Below, in pieces: positions 6,969-13,928 of a stretch of DNA of 27,542 bases (its first letter is position 1; every line of letters starts with the position of its first letter). The notes under the pieces are model-generated. The model ran no database searches and was not told where the DNA came from. It saw only the letters and a list, made by a program, of their open reading frames with translations. Both the position numbers and the translations under genes were made by a program. The stretch is from a virus: the UHGV virus genome UHGV-0088497; one strand, 5' to 3'.

Positions 6969-7608
6969 TATTGCGGATCTGGTTCAGAGTAAACACAGTG
7001 ACGTGAAACGCTCGGCTGAGCGTCTTGTTGCTGCGGGAATTTTAACCGCGCCATTGGCGCAGTTCGATTTTGAGCATAACGGTAATGTGTACCAGGAGTA
7101 TCGTTTTAACAAACGCGACTCTCTGGTGATTGTTGCCAGATTATCACCTGAATTTACCGCCGCGGTCGTCGATCGCTGGCAGGAACTGGAAGAAGGACAG
7201 AGTGTCAGTGTTCCCCGCTCATTACCGGAAGCGCTTCGCCTGGCTGCTGATTTAGCCGAGCAGAAAGAGCAACTGACGATCCAGCTGGCAGCCGCGGCGC
7301 CAAAAGTGGAGTTTGTTGATCGTTATTGCTCTGCAAAAGGCTCCATGTCATTCCGGCAGGTAGCCAAATTGCTTAACGCAAAAGAAACTGAGTTTCGTCT
7401 GTTCCTTATTGAACGCAATATCCTGTATCGCCTCGGCGGCACACTTACCCCCATGGCGCAGCACATTTCCGCGGGAAGATTTGAAGTTAAGACGGGAACA
7501 TCGAGCACATCCAATCACGCATTCAGCCAGACGCGTTTCACTGCCAAGGGAGTACGCTGGATTGGTGGTTTGTGGGCTGAACATATTGCAGGGGGGCAGG
7601 CGGCGTGA
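6922..7608 (+). CDS. Rha-family regulator / KilAC-domain antirepressor
   Basis: Start ATG 6922 has GGAG 7 nt upstream. The N-terminus is Rha-like (SSRDIADLVQSKHSDVKRSAERL). The C-terminus is KilAC/ANT-like (VEFVDRY...FRQVAKLL...). Confidence 0.7.
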   Translation: MSQLIVNGVVTMSSRDIADLVQSKHSDVKRSAERLVAAGILTAPLAQFDFEHNGNVYQEYRFNKRDSLVIVARLSPEFTAAVVDRWQELEEGQSVSVPRSLPEALRLAADLAEQKEQLTIQLAAAAPKVEFVDRYCSAKGSMSFRQVAKLLNAKETEFRLFLIERNILYRLGGTLTPMAQHISAGRFEVKTGTSSTSNHAFSQTRFTAKGVRWIGGLWAEHIAGGQAA

Positions 7609-8600
7609 GGGCTTTGTTAACTCCTGAAGTCGCCCATCGCATGGGGATTGTGTTGTTTCGTCCCGGCGCGGAACTGATGCACCTCTTTATGCGTGGTCGC
7701 GTTTTGCTCGAGCCTGAACCAGAAGAAATGGCGTCATTCAGTACAGGAGCTGTTCCCGCCGCCATTCAGCCGCTGGCTGATGATCCGGTAATGCGGCAGG
7801 TCTTCGAGAATGATCGGGTTATTCAGCGTGCCGGTGGGCTTCCTTCCCTTGAGCAATGGTTGAGTACCCGGTTTGAATGCCAGTGGCCACATTCATCGTG
7901 GCACGATAAGAACTTCACAATAATGCGGCACCCACCAGGAAGTATTCACCTGTGCTGGCATTGCGATCACACTTTGTCGGGGCAACATACCGAACAGCTT
8001 GCAGGTATAGCGGCAGGAAACCTGGTATCCTGGATTCTGGAAGTCATTCGGCGTGATTCTGGTTTTCCCGAGTCGCATATCCTGACGCTTCCGGAACTGT
8101 GCTGGTGGATGGTCAGAAACGACCTGGCTGATGTTATTCCGGAAAGCGTTGCGCACAAGGGGCTACGCCTTCCGGATGAGAAGATCCGCTCGGTCATGAG
8201 GGAAAGCGATATTGTACCTTCCGTTTCTGCAACCAGCCTCGTGCAGGAGAAGGCGAAGAAGATCATCACGCTCTCTGTTGATCCGGAGTCTCCGGAATCT
8301 TTCATGCTCAGGCCAAAGCGACGCCGCTGGATAAATGAGACTTACACCCGCTGGGTAAAAACACAACCCTGTGAGTGTTGCCGACGGCCAGCAGATGATC
8401 CGCACCATATCGTAGGGCACGGTATGGGTGGTACAGCAACAAAAGCCCATGACCTCTTCGTGATCCCTCTGTGCAGAGAGTGCCACGACGAGTTACACGC
8501 CGATGTACCGGCATTCGAGCAGAAGCATGGTACGCAGCTTGAGCTGCTACTGCGTTTTATGGATCGGGCGCTGGCGATCGGTGTAATTGCGAAAGCTTAA
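7605..8600 (+). CDS. DUF968/Ref-like HNH-type protein with a long unknown N-terminal region (331 aa)
   Basis: The C-terminal block CECCRRPADDPHHIVGHGMGGTATKAHDLFVIPLCRECHDELH matches the DUF968 / P1 Ref-like metal-binding motif as I remember it. GTG 7605 overlaps the upstream stop. Confidence 0.6.
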   Translation: MRALLTPEVAHRMGIVLFRPGAELMHLFMRGRVLLEPEPEEMASFSTGAVPAAIQPLADDPVMRQVFENDRVIQRAGGLPSLEQWLSTRFECQWPHSSWHDKNFTIMRHPPGSIHLCWHCDHTLSGQHTEQLAGIAAGNLVSWILEVIRRDSGFPESHILTLPELCWWMVRNDLADVIPESVAHKGLRLPDEKIRSVMRESDIVPSVSATSLVQEKAKKIITLSVDPESPESFMLRPKRRRWINETYTRWVKTQPCECCRRPADDPHHIVGHGMGGTATKAHDLFVIPLCRECHDELHADVPAFEQKHGTQLELLLRFMDRALAIGVIAKA

Positions 8601-8617
8601 GTGTATGGAGAAAAGTG

Positions 8618-8983
8618 ATGCGTGATATTCAAATGTTACTTGAAAGATGGGGCGGGTGGGCTGCCAGTGATAGTTCTGGCGTGGACTATTCTCCTATAGC
8701 TGCAGGATTTAAGGGGCTGTTGCCGCAAACAGGTAGATCCCGACCGTCATGTACTGACGATGATGCGCTGATCATCGAAGGTTGCCTGGCGCGATTGAAA
8801 AGCCGGAAACCATATGAGCATTCACTGCTTGTAGCTCACTATCTGTATGGAATATCCAAGAGGAAGATCGCAAAAGTGCGTAAAAAAGATGAGAAATTGA
8901 TACGGATCGAGATACAGATGGCTGAGGGGTTTATTGATGGCTGCCTTTCAATGTTGGATGTAAGGCTTGATATGGATGAATAA
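8618..8983 (+). CDS. Late antiterminator Q (QuuD / phage-21 Q family)
   Basis: MRDIQMLLERWGGWAA...IAAGFKGLL...DDDALIIEGCLARLK closely recalls E. coli DLP12 QuuD. ATG 8618 has GGAG 7 nt upstream. Confidence 0.85.
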   Translation: MRDIQMLLERWGGWAASDSSGVDYSPIAAGFKGLLPQTGRSRPSCTDDDALIIEGCLARLKSRKPYEHSLLVAHYLYGISKRKIAKVRKKDEKLIRIEIQMAEGFIDGCLSMLDVRLDMDE

Positions 8984-8992
8984 CTAATTGTT

Positions 8993-9023
8993 AACATTAT
9001 GCCCCGTGTAGGGGCCTAATGTT
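8993..9023. terminator. 13-bp-stem hairpin between convergent Q and the 4-TM gene (no U-tract)
   Basis: AACATTATGCCCC gtgta GGGGCCTAATGTT with one mismatch. It overlaps the stop codon of the minus-strand gene. Confidence 0.45.
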
Positions 9024-9471
9024 ACAAGTGAGGGAAAATTCTACGCAGCACTAACCAACACCTACCAAATGTGCAAAGTGAAAGGAGCAGCGAAGACAAT
9101 CCTAACAGGAGAAATAAAAAATCAATTGGTTGAGCAAAGACCTTAACATCCTCTGGTAAGAACATAGCGATCAGTGGAAACAAGCAGGCCAAAATCAGCG
9201 TCAACCCTGTTGATAGCAAGCGATTTATCAATGTTGGTAATATATTATTCCTTTTGAGGGCGTTAATGGCCCCATCTTTGTCACTATCTGCGCTACTGAA
9301 TATAGATATAGCGGCGAGAACAAACCCAAAAAGAATTCCTGAAATTGTCGAAAGCACACCTGCTGTAGTTAACACATCAGCATGTTTCATAGGCTTAAAC
9401 AGTTTTGTCGCTGCATAAGTAATCAGAACTAAGAGGACCACTTTCCAAAAAAGAGTTAGAAATTCTCTCAT
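9022..9471 (-). CDS. 4-TM membrane protein (149 aa), RexB-like candidate effector
   Basis: GGGAGG RBS 5 nt upstream. Four hydrophobic helices at about residues 5-25, 34-60, 81-105 and 116-142. Size and topology match lambda RexB (144 aa). LSTISGILFGFVLAAISIF resembles RexB LSSYAGTMIAILIAALTFL as I remember it (unverified). Confidence 0.6.
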   Translation of the reverse strand: MREFLTLFWKVVLLVLITYAATKLFKPMKHADVLTTAGVLSTISGILFGFVLAAISIFSSADSDKDGAINALKRNNILPTLINRLLSTGLTLILACLFPLIAMFLPEDVKVFAQPIDFLFLLLGLSSLLLSLCTFGRCWLVLRRIFPHL

Positions 9472-9489
9472 TTTGTCCTCCCTTTTGCG

Positions 9490-10437
9490 TTACTGGTTTT
9501 TTTTTGCAAGCTCATACTGTGCAAGGTAATTTGCATTATCAATTTTAGCAGATATCATCGCCGTCCTGATATCAGAATCAGAAGGATAGCCGCTTTTTAC
9601 TACTATAGTTTTCGAGCCTATGAGCACTTGATCAAGTAGGCTTTTTGGCGCTGTATCTGATGGTTCTGTTACATCAATTTTCTTGATGTTTAGCCCGCCA
9701 GAGCCTTTGGGGAATAGTTCAAGCAGTTCTTTAATAGCATCAGTAACTGATGATTTAAGATAGTTGAAGCCTGCTCTTTTGGGACGAATGCGACCGCGCA
9801 TGTTAAGTCTCAGGTGTGAACCGCCCATACCAACCACCATATCAATGATGTCATTAGTAAGGTCATTCTTAATCTGATAATTAGCTTTATTGAAATTTCT
9901 TGGCGCTGCGACAGTGAGGTCAAAACTGCGAAGGATGTTCCCATCTTCAAGAAGTTCCTTCATGCTCTCGTGCTTCCAGATAGCCTCGAATGTAACATTT
10001 TTCATTTGTGTCTTGTTGTACAGAATGAAAGATAAATCATTCACTTTGGGGCCTAAATGGTTGAGAGTCATTGCTAGTAAATCTGTTTCAAAGTAGTAAA
10101 TAAAATATGTCCGTTCTACTACTGAATCTTTATCGCTAAGCGGTATCGTTCGCTCGCTTCCTGTGGTGCCATCCTCGATAAAAGGTAAGAGACAATCACG
10201 CCTCCACGAGACATACCCAAAATAACTCTGCTGCTTATCATCCTTTTCAAGAATGACAAGTTTTAAACCGCGGTTTTGGGTTTCTGCTGTCACCACTAAA
10301 GGGAATGTAACCGGAGTCGTGTTTGTCATTTGCTCGAATGCAAGTTTCGCTGTAGACAGACCGTCTTTTTTACTTCCATTTCCAGTGAAAAAGCCAACTC
10401 TTACGCGACGAGTTTTCTTCTTATCTTCTGTAGTCAT
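9490..10437 (-). CDS. Soluble 315-aa protein, RexA-like candidate sensor
   Basis: ATG 10437; the track start at 10443 is a TTG. It lies 18 bp upstream of the 4-TM gene on the same strand and is AT-rich. The block FETDLLAMTLNHLGPKVNDLSFIL resembles lambda RexA VEGDTIGFARTVFGPTTSDLTDFL as I remember it (unverified). Confidence 0.55.
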   Translation of the reverse strand: MTTEDKKKTRRVRVGFFTGNGSKKDGLSTAKLAFEQMTNTTPVTFPLVVTAETQNRGLKLVILEKDDKQQSYFGYVSWRRDCLLPFIEDGTTGSERTIPLSDKDSVVERTYFIYYFETDLLAMTLNHLGPKVNDLSFILYNKTQMKNVTFEAIWKHESMKELLEDGNILRSFDLTVAAPRNFNKANYQIKNDLTNDIIDMVVGMGGSHLRLNMRGRIRPKRAGFNYLKSSVTDAIKELLELFPKGSGGLNIKKIDVTEPSDTAPKSLLDQVLIGSKTIVVKSGYPSDSDIRTAMISAKIDNANYLAQYELAKKNQ

Positions 10438-10675
10438 TATCAATCCGATGAGAATTTCTGATAAACGGACGAAAAATACTATAAATAATTGAGAAGATCA
10501 TTAGCGCGGTCCGCAAAAAGTGATGTAACGTGTTAAGAGTGGTTACTTGGTCACATTGCTTAATCATCAAATTCAGCTTCTGAGTTTTGTTTTAACGATG
10601 CTTGATTGTGCGACTTATCTCTCTGAAACTTATCTTCTTTTCCTTGACTATGAATTTTCTATCTAAGGAGGTTCT

Positions 10676-10924
10676 ATGTTGGGAGTGTGTTCTTGTGGTG
10701 GTAGGCTTGATGAGTCGCAGTATTCCACCGATAGCCTAGGTAATACGTTCAAATCTTGTCCAAGATGTACGCAGATTTCCGGGCATCACGTTTTCTATCT
10801 TATTGAGGAGTTTGGCGAGAGGGATATGGGGGATGGCAGAGTTATAGTGCAACCATATTGCCCATCGTGCAGAAACTACCAAGAAAGATCATTAGTTCCT
10901 GCGTTTGAGTGCAGTGGTTCATGA
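10676..10924 (+). CDS. Zinc-ribbon protein (82 aa), function unknown
   Basis: Strong RBS (AAGGAGG, 5 nt, ATG). Motifs CSCGG, CPRC and CPSC. Followed by a canonical terminator. Divergent from the RexAB-like operon. Confidence 0.65.
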   Translation: MLGVCSCGGRLDESQYSTDSLGNTFKSCPRCTQISGHHVFYLIEEFGERDMGDGRVIVQPYCPSCRNYQERSLVPAFECSGS

Positions 10925-10943
10925 TCACAACATTCAATATAAG

Positions 10944-10965
10944 ACCACCTTCGGGTGGTTTTTTT
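10944..10965 (+). terminator. Rho-independent terminator
   Basis: ACCACC ttcg GGTGGT followed by TTTTTT. Confidence 0.8.
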
Positions 10966-11088
10966 ATGACAAATCAGACATGCGCGGCGCGTAAAGGCGC
11001 TGGTGGTCGCAGAATGGAATTCTTCTCTTGCTGGTGAAGCCAACCAGAGTTATCTGTATGTCACTCTAATTGTTTAAGGGTAAAAGGC

Positions 11089-11280
11089 ATGCTAAATCAG
11101 CAAGATATGACAGAAACCGCGAAGGCTGTTTTCAATGAGTTAAGCGATAAACCAGCATCGGTTGGGGAGATTGCACAGAATACCCACCTCAGCCGCGAAC
11201 GTTGCCAACTCATACTTACGCAATTGGTGATGGCGGGATTATCTGACTACCAGTTCGGATGTTATAAGCGTTTCCAGTGA
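11089..11280 (+). CDS. Small winged-helix protein (63 aa), same family as the 567..821 product
   Basis: VFNELSDKPASVGEIAQNTHLSRERCQLILTQLVMAGL aligns by eye with VFEYLQAHPNTTSGEIAKGMNKKTPAVAGALSQLYGTG of the 567..821 product. Confidence 0.55.
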   Translation: MLNQQDMTETAKAVFNELSDKPASVGEIAQNTHLSRERCQLILTQLVMAGLSDYQFGCYKRFQ

Positions 11281-11410
11281 TATGTTTTTTTGCACTATGT
11301 GAACTGCATCAACAGTTTAGTTTTTTCTTATTTCTGGCTTAAAAATAGTTTTTGACATAACTCTTTAGCTATTAAGATTTTTTACCTTATCAACTTGATA
11401 GAGGTGAAAA

Positions 11411-11743
11411 ATGAGTGTTGAAAATTATGAAATTGCTTTAAATGATGTTGACCCAACTAACCTGGGTGCGGTTAAAGACTTATTGGAGACACACTCCCAT
11501 CTTTTCAATGACTATTTTCTAGCCGGTTATGGCGGTGATGCCCGATACTCCGTTATTGATGGCTCATTTGAAGTTATCGGTATTGGAGATGGTTTTTTTG
11601 AGTATGAGGTTGGGATTGATTTTTTTGCTGGTTGCTCAGATATGAACGATACCCACGAAGACTCTGGGATACTTGAATATGAAGTTAGAGATGGAAGTAT
11701 TCACATTGAAGTGGATGAAGCTGTCTGGAGAGTAGACAATTAA
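11411..11743 (+). CDS. Highly acidic 110-aa protein, function unknown (possible DNA mimic or anti-defence factor)
   Basis: GAGGTG RBS. By my count it has 14 Asp and 11 Glu against 1 Lys and 3 Arg. No recognisable domain. Confidence 0.6.
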   Translation: MSVENYEIALNDVDPTNLGAVKDLLETHSHLFNDYFLAGYGGDARYSVIDGSFEVIGIGDGFFEYEVGIDFFAGCSDMNDTHEDSGILEYEVRDGSIHIEVDEAVWRVDN

Positions 11744-11933
11744 TTCCCGCTTACTGATCCTAATCGCGCCGCTATAAATGGTTTGGCGGCTTTCTGCTGT
11801 GGAAATGGGCGGCTGGTGGGTGTTAGCGCACCCAGTCAGCCATCAGCTCATGCTTTCAGGTCACAAGCTAACCAAGGCCCACTGCTTTAGCGCAAAAGCA
11901 ACGTGAGCCTATCAGAGTTACGCTTACTGATCT

Positions 11934-12986
11934 ATGAAAAATACTGTAAAAATAAACAGGGTTGAGTTAATCAACGCTGATAGCCTGCATTACGTCGCCA
12001 CCCTCCCGGATAACTCTATTGATCTGATTGTTACGGATCCTCCGTACTTCAAAGTGAAGCCTAACGGCTGGGACAACCAATGGAAGGGGGACGAGGACTA
12101 CTTACGCTGGCTTGATAGCTGCCTGGCTGAGTATGCTCGCGTTCTTAAACCTGCTGGCAGCATCTACCTGTTTTGCGGTCACCGACTGGCCTCAGACATA
12201 GAGATTATGATGCGTACCCGGTTCAAAGTTTTGAATCACATCATTTGGGCAAAACCATCGGGCCGCTGGAATGGATGTAACAAAGAAAGCCTGCGTGCGT
12301 ACTTTCCATCTACGGAACGGATTTTGTTTGCTGAGCACTATCTTGGGCCGTACACAGGTAAAGAGGATGTTTACGAAAGGAAAAGCACAGAGCTAAAGCA
12401 GCACATTATGACGCCGCTGATTGATTACTTCCGTAATGCCCGTGAATCACTGGGAGTCAGCTCGAAAGAAATAGCTGAGGCAACCGGAAAGAAAAACATG
12501 GCGTCACACTGGTTTGGTGCAAGCCAATGGCAACTACCAAATGAAGTGGACTATAGAAAATTGCAGGAACTGTTCACGCGGATCGCTATCGATAAGCACA
12601 TTCAGCAGAAGCTTGAACATCCTCACCACCAGCTGGTAGCCACCTATCAGTCATTAAACCGCAAGTATTCAGAATTGCTGGAGGAATACAAAACCCTCCG
12701 GCGCTGCTTCTCTGTTTCCGCTTTTGTTCCGTATACCGACGTATGGACGCATAAGCCTGTTCAGTTTTATCCAGGCAAACATCCATGCGAAAAACCTGCC
12801 GACATGCTGAAGCAGATCATTAGCGCCAGCAGCAGACCGGGGGATATCGTTGCCGATTTCTTTATGGGCTCTGGTTCAACTGTGAAAGCTGCAATAGAAC
12901 TTGGTCGTCGGGCGATCGGCGTAGAACTGGAAACCGACAGGTTTATTCAGACCACCGAAGAGGTGGAAAAACTCAACAAAACATAA
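11934..12986 (+). CDS. Orphan beta-class N6-adenine/N4-cytosine DNA methyltransferase
   Basis: Motif IV DPPY (LIVTDPPYF) is near the N-terminus and motif I FxGxG (ADFFMGSGST) near the C-terminus. No restriction endonuclease partner is evident. Confidence 0.85.
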   Translation: MKNTVKINRVELINADSLHYVATLPDNSIDLIVTDPPYFKVKPNGWDNQWKGDEDYLRWLDSCLAEYARVLKPAGSIYLFCGHRLASDIEIMMRTRFKVLNHIIWAKPSGRWNGCNKESLRAYFPSTERILFAEHYLGPYTGKEDVYERKSTELKQHIMTPLIDYFRNARESLGVSSKEIAEATGKKNMASHWFGASQWQLPNEVDYRKLQELFTRIAIDKHIQQKLEHPHHQLVATYQSLNRKYSELLEEYKTLRRCFSVSAFVPYTDVWTHKPVQFYPGKHPCEKPADMLKQIISASSRPGDIVADFFMGSGSTVKAAIELGRRAIGVELETDRFIQTTEEVEKLNKT

Positions 12987-13129
12987 CGATCATCACGCTC
13001 CCTGTTGCTGTGGTGATCACCATTTTCAGGCACCGGGAATCATCCTTACTTTTAGTTGAACAAAAGAGCCCGGTTGCCTGATCCCCTCCAATCACACACA
13101 GCGCCATCCGAAAAATCGGAGGTGAGGCT

Positions 13130-13408
13130 ATGACCAGAATGAGCACCATTTACAGCAGACTTTCATATGGATCAGGAACCACGCTTGCCGGCTGCGGTGT
13201 ATCAGCGAAGGCATATGCCGAAACAGCCAAAACAGCAAAAGAGGTGTCCTGGATGTTGGCCGACAGAATTGCAGGGTTAAGCCTGAGCGACTGGGCAATT
13301 ATTGTCGGTATCGCATGCACAGTTATCACCTGTGCAGTGAACTGGTATTTCCGCTGGAAAGAACGGGAGGATCGGCGCAATGGCTATGCCACCAAAGCTG
13401 AAGAATAA
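13130..13408 (+). CDS. Class II holin, phage-21 S (pinholin)-like, with an MTRM dual-start motif
   Basis: GGAGGTGAGG RBS. LSLSDWAIIVGIACTVITCAVNWYFRWKEREDRR parallels the S21 C-terminal half. Met1 and Met4 are separated by Arg. Confidence 0.75.
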   Translation: MTRMSTIYSRLSYGSGTTLAGCGVSAKAYAETAKTAKEVSWMLADRIAGLSLSDWAIIVGIACTVITCAVNWYFRWKEREDRRNGYATKAEE

Positions 13409-13928
13409 ACTGAGCGCAGCGGTCGTTGGTTTGATTCTTGCGGGGGCTTCCGCGCCCGTGATTCTCGATCAGTTTCTGGATGAGAAAGAGGGTAACAGCC
13501 TGACAGCATATCGCGACGGCGGCGGAATCTGGACTATTTGCCGTGGCGCCACGATGGTTGATGGTAAGCCAGTCGTTCAGGGGATGAAACTGACGCAAGC
13601 TAAGTGTGAACAGGTCAATGCCATTGAGCGTAACAAGGCGCTGGCGTGGGTTGAGCGAAATATCAGGGTACCGCTGAGCGAACCACAGAAAGCCGGGATC
13701 GCATCTTTCTGCCCATATAACATAGGCCCCGGAAAATGTTTCCCGTCCACGTTCTATAAGCGAATGAACGCCGGCGACACAAAAGGCGCGTGTGAAGCTA
13801 TTCGCTGGTGGATTAAAGACGGTGGCCGCGATTGTCGCCTGACCAAAGGCCAGAAAAATGGCTGTTATGGGCAGGTAGAACGACGAGATCAGGAAAGCGC
13901 GCTGACGTGCTGGGGGATAGACCAGTGA
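13380..13928 (+). CDS. SAR endolysin (lysozyme, phage-21 R-like)
   Basis: N-terminal weakly hydrophobic Gly/Ala-rich signal-anchor ([19 protein letters not shown]), then the catalytic E-8-D-5-T pattern ([16 protein letters not shown]). Confidence 0.85.
   Translation: MAMPPKLKNKLSAAVVGLILAGASAPVILDQFLDEKEGNSLTAYRDGGGIWTICRGATMVDGKPVVQGMKLTQAKCEQVNAIERNKALAWVERNIRVPLSEPQKAGIASFCPYNIGPGKCFPSTFYKRMNAGDTKGACEAIRWWIKDGGRDCRLTKGQKNGCYGQVERRDQESALTCWGIDQ

Noticed and set aside
9022-10443. Interpretation of the two-gene module as a canonical Kiwa system (KwaA/KwaB)
   Set aside because: Kiwa has the membrane gene first and a larger KwaA. Here the soluble gene is first, and the sizes, order and recalled sequence blocks fit RexA/RexB better. 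I keep Kiwa only as an alternative to test.
11765-11895. 42-codon ORF (MVWRLSAVEMGGWWVLAHPVSHQLMLSGHKLTKAHCFSAKAT) in the spacer before the methyltransferase
   Set aside because: No RBS and an odd composition. More likely a gene remnant or noncoding DNA.
8984-13129. Search for toxin or virulence cargo (Stx-like, porin-like) and tRNA genes in the Q-to-holin interval
   Set aside because: I saw no AB5-toxin-like or porin-like ORFs and no tRNA hallmarks (T-loop GGTTCGAATCC-like motifs). The cargo consists of the genes listed instead.
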